Virus record (IMG/VR): IMGVR_UViG_3300026097_001066
Coordinates: 1 to 57,470 of that record
Source of the DNA: a virus
Taxonomy: Duplodnaviria > Caudoviricetes
DNA length: 57,470 nt
Direction: 5' to 3' (one strand)
Positions within the stretch are counted from its first letter, which is position 1. The number at the start of each line of letters is the position of its first letter. This document shows positions 8,453 to 17,349 of this stretch, piece by piece. Made by a program: the position numbers and the translations under genes. A model generated the notes under the pieces. It worked only from the letters and a program-made list of their open reading frames with translations. It made no database searches and was not told the origin of the DNA.

Positions 8453-8985
8453 ACAATAAATTTTTCAAATAACTTAATTCCTTCTTTAAAACTTAATATT
8501 TCTTCTTCTGCTTTCCACTGAGGCATAACAGAAATACAATATCTACCTAAGGCGTTTGTAGTTACATTATGTGGTATACCAACTTGAACCAGACTAGGAA
8601 ATCCTACTTTTTGAGAATGTAATATTTTAACATTTTTTTTAGGGTAAGACTTGTATTTTATACCAAGCTGAGTTTTTTGCCAAATAGGTTCAGTTGTAGA
8701 TTCATACCAGTGCATCAAACTGTCGTCACCGCCTATCACCCAATTAATCTTTAACACATCGGAAATATCACCACCGTCCTCATGTATTTTTATACTATTC
8801 CAAGGTGGTATGTAAAATGTTTCGGCAAGACGGATTGAAAGATCTAACCTATCTAAAAAATCTAACATTTCATTTGATATTTTAGATTCTTTTTTATGTA
8901 TAATATTGTCGCCTAACGATTCAGGCAGAATATTAGTATGACATATTGGTTTATTTAAATTTAAATCTACACAGAATGTATTCAC
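8449..8985 (-). CDS. 2OG-Fe(II) oxygenase-like protein
   Basis: KIHED, KINWV, SLVQVGIPHNV, RYCIS (HxD...H...R pattern); GTG start. Confidence 0.6.
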   Translation of the reverse strand: MNTFCVDLNLNKPICHTNILPESLGDNIIHKKESKISNEMLDFLDRLDLSIRLAETFYIPPWNSIKIHEDGGDISDVLKINWVIGGDDSLMHWYESTTEPIWQKTQLGIKYKSYPKKNVKILHSQKVGFPSLVQVGIPHNVTTNALGRYCISVMPQWKAEEEILSFKEGIKLFEKFIV

Positions 8986-9027
8986 TGCTAGTTCCGATTG
9001 TAAGTTTTATTTAGGCCAACTTCTTTT

Positions 9028-10143
9028 TTATAAATTTTTTATTTTTGGAATTTTACTGTCTGCACTGCTAACACAACTATCCGTTATACACGGTTGTGGT
9101 TTATCAAATAACTTAAAACCAGTTTCTATGTTTCCTAAAGGGTTATCATGACAGCTATAAGATCTTTTAACACTACCATCAGGCTCGCGAATAATTATAC
9201 CACTGTAGCCTGCCTGGCAATTCCATCCTTTAAATTTGTTAAAGTTGAATGCATTAAACCGTTCTGCTTGATCCATATACCATTTTTTACCGTATTTGTC
9301 GGTAAATTCTACTTGAAAGTGCCAAGGAACGCTTGCATCTTTCTCGCTCATAATTCCTGGCGATATGTCGAAATTTGGTTTTGGTCTATCGGCCCATTTT
9401 CTTTTACTTTCTGTATATGCTCTCTGCGGCATTCCGTTGTATAATTTTTTTAGGTGCTCGTCTGTATAGCCATCAACAACTCTGCTTGCTGTAGGGTCGC
9501 TTTGAGGCTTTAGTGTGACGTTTATACCTTGCTCATGAAAGAACAGTGCATTGTCCCAATCTCGTTCAAACCATTCAGGCACCATAACCATATTGATTGT
9601 GACCTGAACATCATGCTCTTGACAGAATATCAGTTTGTCTGCAAACTCTTGTTTTTTTTCCGGCGTATTGATATATTCGGTGTGCAGACTTGCAGTTATA
9701 CTAGCGCGATGAAACGGTTTTGCATACTCCACATAAGTTTCAAACCAAGACATTTTTCTGCTACAGTTTGATGTCATATGGATACTGGTGTAGTTTGTGT
9801 TAGGCACGTCGTTGGCAAGATGTTTTAGAATATCCAAATAGCCGGGATGAAAAGTAGGCTCGCCGCCACTGAGACTAAAATGAAAACTGTTGAATCCGTT
9901 GGCACGAGCTTGACGTTTTATTTCATCAACAGTGAGTAGACATAATTCAGTAGGTCTGTGATCTTTTCTGTCGCTCCGTGCATAAGGCCAGCAATAAGAG
10001 CAGGAGTAATTACAAAACCTACCAAGAAGCCAACTGACCGTGAAGATATCTCTATAAAGAAGCGTTCTTTGACCCACTTGAACGATATCTTCGAAGGGAA
10101 TTTTTGTAAAGTCATAGTTGCTCCATTTTAAATTTTCAGTCAT
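9028..10143 (-). CDS. radical SAM protein with C-terminal twitch-like Cys cluster
   Basis: CNYSCSYC, SGGEPT, TSN; C-terminal FKGWNCQAG...SC...PCITDSC. Start taken as ATG 10143 (track gives 10155). Confidence 0.88.
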   Translation of the reverse strand: MTENLKWSNYDFTKIPFEDIVQVGQRTLLYRDIFTVSWLLGRFCNYSCSYCWPYARSDRKDHRPTELCLLTVDEIKRQARANGFNSFHFSLSGGEPTFHPGYLDILKHLANDVPNTNYTSIHMTSNCSRKMSWFETYVEYAKPFHRASITASLHTEYINTPEKKQEFADKLIFCQEHDVQVTINMVMVPEWFERDWDNALFFHEQGINVTLKPQSDPTASRVVDGYTDEHLKKLYNGMPQRAYTESKRKWADRPKPNFDISPGIMSEKDASVPWHFQVEFTDKYGKKWYMDQAERFNAFNFNKFKGWNCQAGYSGIIIREPDGSVKRSYSCHDNPLGNIETGFKLFDKPQPCITDSCVSSADSKIPKIKNL

Positions 10144-10696
10144 GCCATTTCTCATCTTGCATAGGATCTATACTAATTTCGTTTATGTTAACATTAAGTG
10201 GTTGATCTATTAACCATTTAATGTAAGCGGCTGCATGTTGTAATTCTAAACATTTTCTCTCTGGATGTTTTTTTTGATTGTTAGAAAGTGTTCCGAAACT
10301 GATGTATGATACTTTAGGCGACTGCGTCCAAACTCCTAATAGCCCTAAACTGTTAGAGTAATCCCTAAGTGCTTTCTTTTCAGCATTATAACGCCATGCC
10401 GTGGCTTTCTTTACTCTGTCAGTAGTGCTTCCCACATTAATTATATGTGGCGAATGATTGTTTTTCTCGCATTCTTTCCATATTGTTTCTAACAAATTTA
10501 CCTGTTCAAATTTCCAAAGAGCTACACAATTTACTATGACATCATGTTTAAGACATAGTTTTGCAAAACTTTCTTGATCTGTTCTATTAGTTAATTCATA
10601 CCCTGTAGTTCTACTACAGAGCGTTGCCGTAGGATATATTTTATATAACTCTGCAGAAAGACCATAGTATTCATTACCAGTTATCAAAACTTTCAT
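10136..10696 (-). CDS. short-chain dehydrogenase/reductase (SDR)
   Basis: MKVLITG..GLS Rossmann start, DVIVNC, HIINVGS, YNAEK (YxxxK). Confidence 0.8.
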   Translation of the reverse strand: MKVLITGNEYYGLSAELYKIYPTATLCSRTTGYELTNRTDQESFAKLCLKHDVIVNCVALWKFEQVNLLETIWKECEKNNHSPHIINVGSTTDRVKKATAWRYNAEKKALRDYSNSLGLLGVWTQSPKVSYISFGTLSNNQKKHPERKCLELQHAAAYIKWLIDQPLNVNINEISIDPMQDEKWHD

Positions 10697-11871
10697 AGAT
10701 CCATTTCCTTAAAACTTTTACGCCAACTAATATTTCTCGATTGGTCTAGGTCTTCGAGGTACTGCATAAATGTTGGACCTAGAGGTTTCCAGTTGTCTTC
10801 TTCGAACATGTGAGTAACATAAAATTGTACTTTTTCTGTGTATTTGCCAAAATCATAGTTTTTAATTTTCTGTTTTATTTGATTCTTTATATTGTTGGGT
10901 AAAACCTTTGCACTCATATGACTAGGCCATTCTACAAAATTTCCAAAGATAAACTTTATAAGTGGGTAGTTGTTTTTTATATAATCGTATGTATCTGTTA
11001 AATAGAACATACTTATGTTACTACAAGTCCATTGTACACCAATATCTAAATTTGGATTTTGTTCTGCGTAACTGTGCATTAAATCTAACTTCGTTTTAAA
11101 ATCATCCCATTTTATTGGAAATCTAAAATATTCTCCTGGCTCTTTAATTGCATCTAAACTTAATCGTATTATAACATTTTTAAATTTAATTAATTGATCA
11201 AAAATTTTTTCTGTAAGTAACGTACCGTTACTAACATAAGAAAGAGTAATATCTTTTGCGCAATCGCTAGCACTTATTTCTTTTAAAAACTTATTATGCT
11301 CTTTATTAGCAAAGGGTTCTCCGCCTAAAAAATTAAAACGCTTTGTCTGATATAGATTTTCTTTTATGTTGTCCCATATAAAACTATCTTGTTCAATCCA
11401 TTTATTGTCTATATCATAAAATTCGGTGTTAGGATATTTGTTGAGCATCGATTTATCTTCGTTCCATTTAGAACTTGCGCCTGTACCACAGTGTATACAC
11501 TTCAAATTGCATATTGTGCCAACCCTAATATCAATATTAGTAGGATAATATGGAACGCTGCCATCGGGCAGCGTTTTAGCAATAAGATGTTCGTTAGGTT
11601 CATAGTGATAACGATTTTCCTCAATTCGTTTACTGCTTCCGCCTAATTCTTCTACATACTTACAGCGTTTACAATTTTCAGGGTACCTGCCTTCTAAGAA
11701 TTCTTTTCGTATACTTTTAAAATACTCATTATTCCATTCATCGGCAATTGTACTGCCTTTTAGTTTTACCTGTGCTGCTTTTACCGTAGATTGATCAGCA
11801 TAACCGCAGGTTCGAGGCCTGCCGAATGTGTTAGTGCTAAAATTTATCCAAGGCAAAATACAAGGTTTCAT
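10693..11871 (-). CDS. radical SAM protein with N-terminal twitch-like domain
   Basis: CILPW...RTCG...CKRC N-terminal domain; CNLKCIHC; LGGEPF; YFRFPIKW. Start ATG 11871 (ATGA overlap). Confidence 0.88.
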   Translation of the reverse strand: MKPCILPWINFSTNTFGRPRTCGYADQSTVKAAQVKLKGSTIADEWNNEYFKSIRKEFLEGRYPENCKRCKYVEELGGSSKRIEENRYHYEPNEHLIAKTLPDGSVPYYPTNIDIRVGTICNLKCIHCGTGASSKWNEDKSMLNKYPNTEFYDIDNKWIEQDSFIWDNIKENLYQTKRFNFLGGEPFANKEHNKFLKEISASDCAKDITLSYVSNGTLLTEKIFDQLIKFKNVIIRLSLDAIKEPGEYFRFPIKWDDFKTKLDLMHSYAEQNPNLDIGVQWTCSNISMFYLTDTYDYIKNNYPLIKFIFGNFVEWPSHMSAKVLPNNIKNQIKQKIKNYDFGKYTEKVQFYVTHMFEEDNWKPLGPTFMQYLEDLDQSRNISWRKSFKEMDL

Positions 11872-12611
11872 ACAAGTCTTCCAAATGCGTATGCTCTTTC
11901 CATACAAAACCAGCACTGTCCACAATGTGTGTATTCTTGAAATCCGTTAACAATATTAGTTTTTGTTTTTTCTTCTGCTTTACTGTTTTCACAACTATAT
12001 GTTAATGGCAATAACTCATCCGTGACATTATTTTCTTTATACATTTTTGCAGTACTATGCCTCTTATCTCTACGAACAAACGGATGAATTGCATAAAATG
12101 GAACTTTAGTATCAGACCAGCTTCCTATTGGCTTTTTAGATAGATCGTCTCTTGCAAAATCTTTTTGTTTACACATCTCAAATACTTCAGCGTGTGTATT
12201 AAGAAAAATTCCCGAAACATGTTGTGCAATATTAGCTTGTAGTTCTATAGGTGGATTTTGTGTTAGGCCGCCGTACCACACATTTGCCTTACCTTCTGAT
12301 ATTATTTTATATGCATTGTCGTCTTGTTCTCTGATATAATCTTCAATTGTCCATGGGTTTGACAAAAATCTAATCCTGTGTTCGACTGGCTCAATGCCGG
12401 TGCGATCTTTTGTGAAAGTAATAACTTTTTTTGCATAATGACTATACCAAGGTTTAGTTTCGGTATCTAAAGTAGCACAGTAAATAGGTATGTCAAGATT
12501 TTTTTCAGCTATTTCTTTACATAACCTATAATATATTATCGAACTGTCGGCGCCGCCAGATAGTTTCATTACTATCCCGATAGTATTATTTGGTAATAAT
12601 TCAGTAAGCAC
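11868..12611 (-). CDS. QueC-like PP-loop ATP pyrophosphatase
   Basis: LSGGADSS PP-loop; HPF...DK; TYSCE...HCGQCWFCMER Zn-binding motif as in QueC. Confidence 0.75.
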   Translation of the reverse strand: MLTELLPNNTIGIVMKLSGGADSSIIYYRLCKEIAEKNLDIPIYCATLDTETKPWYSHYAKKVITFTKDRTGIEPVEHRIRFLSNPWTIEDYIREQDDNAYKIISEGKANVWYGGLTQNPPIELQANIAQHVSGIFLNTHAEVFEMCKQKDFARDDLSKKPIGSWSDTKVPFYAIHPFVRRDKRHSTAKMYKENNVTDELLPLTYSCENSKAEEKTKTNIVNGFQEYTHCGQCWFCMERAYAFGRLV

Positions 12612-12640
12612 TTCTGTAATAATAGTTTTCCTCCTAAAAT

Positions 12641-12647
12641 TATTTAT
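12641..12647 (-). promoter_or_regulatory. putative late promoter (ATAAATA) for the QueC-like/rSAM/SDR unit
   Basis: TATTTAT on + strand, upstream of SD AGGAGG (12635-12630). Confidence 0.5.
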
Positions 12648-12650
12648 CTA

Positions 12651-12666
12651 TTATATACGCACATAA
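12651..12666. promoter_or_regulatory. 16-bp palindromic motif TTATATACGCACATAA
   Basis: Identical (reverse complement) to 56617-56632; lies between divergent genes. Confidence 0.7.
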
Positions 12667-12669
12667 ATA
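12663..12669 (+). promoter_or_regulatory. putative late promoter (ATAAATA), leaderless geometry
   Basis: 5 nt upstream of ATG 12675, no SD. Confidence 0.55.
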
Positions 12670-12674
12670 CACTT

Positions 12675-13517
12675 ATGAGAGACAACATAAAAAGAGAATA
12701 TACCCAAGAATGGCTGCAATATGACAGACCACAGCCTATGTATAGCAGAGAAATTAATAAATTTTATGATCGTTTTTATCAAGAAAATCCGGTTCATACT
12801 CCGGATTTAGATCAACAGTTTAAAGATACTTTTATTAAATGGTTAAAAGATCATAAGTTTAGTGCATTCCTCGGATTGGATGCATTTCCGAGAAGAGATA
12901 TTATAAATGGCTGTACACAGTTTATAGACGATTTATATCAACGCTGCGGAACATTACAAACATTCGAAAACGATTACAAGTATCACTGGAGACTTAATCC
13001 GGATATTGTATACACTACACTAGACACATTAGATCCTAGCAAAGAACTATTAATTTCCATGCCATTTCCGTTCTATGGCGATGTACATCCGGACATGCAA
13101 AAAATACTAGATACTGCATACAAAAAAAATATTCCTGTACACATAGACGGAGCATGGATCAGTTGTATAAGGGACATCGAGTTTAACTTTGATCATCCTG
13201 CTATACAGACTGTAGGCATTAGTTTAAGTAAAGGCGGTATGGGAGGGAATCGTATTGGATTAAGATTTGCTCGTTCAACACCTGAAGGTTCTGTAACTAT
13301 TATGAATGATTTTAACATGAATAGTCAAGCACTTGTAAGCATGGGTATAAAATTTATGACAGAGTTTGGACCTGAATATTTTTGGACAAGTTATCAAGAA
13401 GCATATTATCAAGTTATTAAAGATTTTAACCTAGAACCTACAAAAGCAATTCATCTTGCTAGGAGAAATGATAACCCTGTTGGAGTTAGACCATTGTTAA
13501 GATTTTTACAACCTTAA
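12675..13517 (+). CDS. PLP-dependent fold-type-I enzyme (aminotransferase-like, short)
   Basis: NGCTQ, ISMPFPFYG, HIDGAW (DxA), ISLSKG (Schiff-base Lys), RIGLR. Confidence 0.65.
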   Translation: MRDNIKREYTQEWLQYDRPQPMYSREINKFYDRFYQENPVHTPDLDQQFKDTFIKWLKDHKFSAFLGLDAFPRRDIINGCTQFIDDLYQRCGTLQTFENDYKYHWRLNPDIVYTTLDTLDPSKELLISMPFPFYGDVHPDMQKILDTAYKKNIPVHIDGAWISCIRDIEFNFDHPAIQTVGISLSKGGMGGNRIGLRFARSTPEGSVTIMNDFNMNSQALVSMGIKFMTEFGPEYFWTSYQEAYYQVIKDFNLEPTKAIHLARRNDNPVGVRPLLRFLQP

Positions 13518-13577
13518 TTGATGACTTTATTAATCTATTTAAATACATAAAAAAATTTTGTTTTTTAATTACACACA

Positions 13578-14747
13578 TTAGATGTTATCAATAGTCCATC
13601 CTAGAAAGTTCCAAGTATCAGTGCCCCGCCATTTATCAGTCATGTTAACATGATGTTTAAACATTTCTAATTGGACAACTTCTTTGTCTTGTCTTAATAA
13701 GTTAATTAATTCTTCTATATTTTGGATTTCGTTGCTGTAAAACTTGTATTTCGATATAATATTTTCAAGTTTGTCGGCCTCTTTTAATCTAAGTTCCTTA
13801 GGAGAATTTTGTAAACTATACCACATAGTCCCATTTAACCAACTAAAGCCAATTTGAAATCTTTCTACATCACCTGTATAACTTTTAAACCAATCTATAC
13901 TATCATATAAATTATCTATATTCAAATTATGCGGAACAACAATAAACTTACATGATAACCAAGGATATTTTTTTAAAATATCTACACTTTTTACAGTATC
14001 TTCCCATTTTAACGGCCATCTTAGATGTTCATAATGTTTTTTGCCTACGCCGTCAATGCTAAAATTAATATGGCAATGATCAAAATTTTGTAATTTTTTA
14101 ATTTGATTCTCAGAAAAGCTTCCATTTGTAGTAACACTTAAAATTGGTAATTCTTTTTCTGAACTAATAAGTTTATCGATTAGATTATCAAAATGCACAT
14201 TAATAAAAGGTTCACCGCCGCTTATTTCTAATTTATTAATTACATCAGCCTTATTCACAATACTATCTGTTATATTTTTGTACCAAATTTTTGTTTTATT
14301 CCATTCAAACTTTTTCTCCATAACTTTTTTTAAATCAGTATATTCTACAGTATCAATCATGTTTTTATATTGTTTTTCTACTAAGCTGCTACGACTAACA
14401 TTGCATATCCTACATGCAGTATTACACTGATTTCCAAAAGTTATCATTATATGCTCAATGTTATCAAGATTTGATTTTTTCTTATTATAATATTTTACAC
14501 GTCGCTCACGCATACTTTCAGTTTCTTGATCTTCTTGTTTCCAACATATGTTGCATCCAGGAATTTTTTCTCCGTTGTCTAAAGATTTTTTGATAGAGTC
14601 GAGCCATTTACTAGAAACATAGTCGTCTATGTTATCTATACCATGATCTCTATTACCTATATATTGGCAGCAAGGCCCTAAATTTCCTCTACTGTCAAAA
14701 TGAACTTGTTTATAAGGCTCTGTACAAAATGTCTTTGATTTAGTCAT
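13578..14747 (-). CDS. radical SAM protein with N-terminal twitch-like domain
   Basis: FCTEPY...PCC...CNIC; CNTACRIC; SGGEPF; TTNG; FSIDG; HLRWPLKW. Confidence 0.88.
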   Translation of the reverse strand: MTKSKTFCTEPYKQVHFDSRGNLGPCCQYIGNRDHGIDNIDDYVSSKWLDSIKKSLDNGEKIPGCNICWKQEDQETESMRERRVKYYNKKKSNLDNIEHIMITFGNQCNTACRICNVSRSSLVEKQYKNMIDTVEYTDLKKVMEKKFEWNKTKIWYKNITDSIVNKADVINKLEISGGEPFINVHFDNLIDKLISSEKELPILSVTTNGSFSENQIKKLQNFDHCHINFSIDGVGKKHYEHLRWPLKWEDTVKSVDILKKYPWLSCKFIVVPHNLNIDNLYDSIDWFKSYTGDVERFQIGFSWLNGTMWYSLQNSPKELRLKEADKLENIISKYKFYSNEIQNIEELINLLRQDKEVVQLEMFKHHVNMTDKWRGTDTWNFLGWTIDNI

Positions 14748-14755
14748 ACATGTTC

Positions 14756-15397
14756 CTATTTAAAAAAAATTGTAGTTTTTCTTTTATCCCATCCCATATT
14801 TGTGGTAATAATTTTATATTCGTTATCGTAAGTTATAATATTTTCTGTTTTAAATTTTATTTTATTTTGCATGAATCTATTAGATAATCTTTGGACCATT
14901 CGTGCTTGAATTTTTTTATTTAGGGCTGCAAAAATTATTCCTCTGTGAATAAAAAAAGGGAAACATTTGCACTCTAAAATTAACTTAGACACCAAAAGAG
15001 TATTACAAGCGTTTCCGCCAAATGCATAAAATGATACACACATCTTATTCTTTATCTTTGAATAATTTTCTATAAAAAAATTGTATAGATCATTATCGCT
15101 TACATCTATGTGTAAATAAGTTGAAGCAGTAGAAAAATTAACTCCATTTGTCTCTTTTATTTCTAAAATTGGCACCTGTTGTTGCCATTTTTTATATAGT
15201 TTACAGAATTTATGTCTATCGGAAATTGCTGAAAAATTTTCAAATAATGTAATTTTGTCTAGTTCGTCCCAATTGTTAACGAAATTCGCACAGAGATATT
15301 CACCGTCGAATACTCCTATTATTTCTGTTGATGAAAACATTTGTGGATAACAAGGAATTAATTCACTCAAGATAGGATTTTGTTCATTAATTATCAT
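14756..15397 (-). CDS. hypothetical protein
   Basis: Fills the gap in the operon; probable start ATG 15397 (ATGA overlap), track gives GTG 15424. Confidence 0.6.
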   Translation of the reverse strand: MIINEQNPILSELIPCYPQMFSSTEIIGVFDGEYLCANFVNNWDELDKITLFENFSAISDRHKFCKLYKKWQQQVPILEIKETNGVNFSTASTYLHIDVSDNDLYNFFIENYSKIKNKMCVSFYAFGGNACNTLLVSKLILECKCFPFFIHRGIIFAALNKKIQARMVQRLSNRFMQNKIKFKTENIITYDNEYKIITTNMGWDKRKTTIFFK

Positions 15398-16284
15398 TGC
15401 ATTTTCGATTGCTCTAATCTCCACTTGTCTAGTAAATCTTCGTCTAACTCTATAATAAATGTCATAAGCAATCCCATTTTACTATTCCATTTTTTAGCAG
15501 GTTCTGTGCCTTTAGTACCTTCATTTGTTGCGTGTAATTGAACAGCATCAAAAATACACGGAGATCCGGGAACCCAATCAAATACAGATTCTGGGTTTAA
15601 TCCTTGAACTCTGCGATAGGGTGTATTTAAATATTTCTTATGAAAATCTTTATCAAATGGCTCATTATTGTGTTCGATTGGACAGCCATTTCTATCATAA
15701 AACTGCAAATAACTGTAATCAGTCACAATTTCGTATATACTCGCAATGTTTGGAGTTAGTGCACCACCATTGTACACTTTTGCCCACCCTATATCTCGCT
15801 GTTCAAAGAATATAATTTGTCCTCCGTCGACTTCATCCAAATGTGTTCCTATCCAAAGAGGAGTAATTATATTTTTCCATGTTGTATATTTTCGCTGAGG
15901 ATGACTTAAAGGTACTTCTTCGAGCATGCCATTATAACCTTTTTTACGCATAGCATCTTGATGTAAACCGTACTGTTGCGGAGTAATAAAATAGTTGCCT
16001 CCGATGGTAGGAGATTTCCCTGCGACAGAACCTAACACTGTGTCAAATTTTTCTTTATAACGCTGATAGATTATTTCCATATCAACATCTACAATAACAG
16101 TACCGTTACGATTCAATCGAGGTTTATTAAAATCAGCAGTAAAAGCATTATGCCACATCCATTCTAATTCATCTTCTGTCCATAAATTTTCAATACATTC
16201 AGCTTTACTACTATGTCTTCTTACATTTTCTATTGCAATAGGATGGTCCATCGGTAGTAAATAGAATCCCGGTTCGTCAACCAT
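15394..16284 (-). CDS. 2OG-Fe(II) oxygenase-like protein
   Basis: YGLHQD (HxD), NIITPL, GGQIIFF, WVPGSPCIFDAVQLHAT, KMGL. Confidence 0.6.
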   Translation of the reverse strand: MVDEPGFYLLPMDHPIAIENVRRHSSKAECIENLWTEDELEWMWHNAFTADFNKPRLNRNGTVIVDVDMEIIYQRYKEKFDTVLGSVAGKSPTIGGNYFITPQQYGLHQDAMRKKGYNGMLEEVPLSHPQRKYTTWKNIITPLWIGTHLDEVDGGQIIFFEQRDIGWAKVYNGGALTPNIASIYEIVTDYSYLQFYDRNGCPIEHNNEPFDKDFHKKYLNTPYRRVQGLNPESVFDWVPGSPCIFDAVQLHATNEGTKGTEPAKKWNSKMGLLMTFIIELDEDLLDKWRLEQSKMQ

Positions 16285-17349
16285 TTATTTCTCCATATAT
16301 TTTTTTAGTAAAGGATTATGGTTACCAATATCTGTATGTAATGCCATATCCATATCTGATGTATATTTTCTAAGTTCTTCAAATTTTCCATTATACTGGA
16401 TGCTTGGTAAATATTTTTTATTAAAACTATCTGTAGTTTGTTGTATATAGGAGGAAGGCAAACTATTTACGCTAAGATATTCAGGTACTTGTAATAAACT
16501 ATTATGAAATTCTATACCTAATTCGTCAGCTAGGGCTTTAATATTTTTAACATCGTGAAAATTATATGCCTGAACTGTTGTAAACACAGAAAGTTTCAAA
16601 TTATCTGATTTACTTTTGTATTTTGACCAACTATGTATTGTTTCATAAATTACACTCCATGATTTTCCGTGTCTAATATATTCATTTACAGGGCCAATAC
16701 CATCGATACTTAATTCAACACTGAGTTTTTTCAGTTTTTTAAAATATGGTAAAAATTTTGAAGGAAAATAGGTTGCATTTGTATTACAAATAAAATGTAT
16801 ATTCTCAAGTAAATTATTTTGATTTAAAAATTTGAATAAATCCCAAACTTGTGGTGTTACAAAGGGTTCACCTCCTAAATATTTGATTCCTTTAAGTTTT
16901 GAAAGATCAATAGAAGCAAACACTTTTTCTATGTCAATAAATGGTTGATCATACGGTGAGTGGTATTTTTGTGCAAGTTTTGTTTTGCGCACAAATTTAT
17001 CCCATTTAGTGCTATATGCAGGACTACACATTCTACACATTAAATTACATTCATTAGAAACACTTATTTCGATATATTCAATTTGATCTTCTCCAGACCA
17101 ATTTTCATTCATTGTTAATCTTAAACTTTTGTGTCCGCGTTCTTCCTCAGTTTTACATTTTAAACAGCCTTCTGACCAGCCTTCTTCCATGTCTGTGATA
17201 ATTTTTTGATAGAATTCATTATTTTTATATTCGTCAAAAGGTGTATCAAAAATTTTTACATTTGGAAAATTTGCAAATCGGCAACACGGACGCCAAGAAC
17301 CTGTTACTGTTACACACATATGGTTTTTTAATGCATTACATTTAGGCAT
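16285..17349 (-). CDS. radical SAM protein with N-terminal twitch-like domain
   Basis: KCNAL...PCC...CLKC; CNLMCRMC; LGGEPF; NTN; LSIDG; YIRHGKSW. Confidence 0.88.
   Translation of the reverse strand: MPKCNALKNHMCVTVTGSWRPCCRFANFPNVKIFDTPFDEYKNNEFYQKIITDMEEGWSEGCLKCKTEEERGHKSLRLTMNENWSGEDQIEYIEISVSNECNLMCRMCSPAYSTKWDKFVRKTKLAQKYHSPYDQPFIDIEKVFASIDLSKLKGIKYLGGEPFVTPQVWDLFKFLNQNNLLENIHFICNTNATYFPSKFLPYFKKLKKLSVELSIDGIGPVNEYIRHGKSWSVIYETIHSWSKYKSKSDNLKLSVFTTVQAYNFHDVKNIKALADELGIEFHNSLLQVPEYLSVNSLPSSYIQQTTDSFNKKYLPSIQYNGKFEELRKYTSDMDMALHTDIGNHNPLLKKYMEK

Noticed and set aside
9028-12611. Canonical 7-deazaguanine DNA modification cluster (queC plus queE)
   Set aside because: The neighbouring rSAMs are longer than QueE and carry twitch-like domains; no queD, folE or dpdA in the window.
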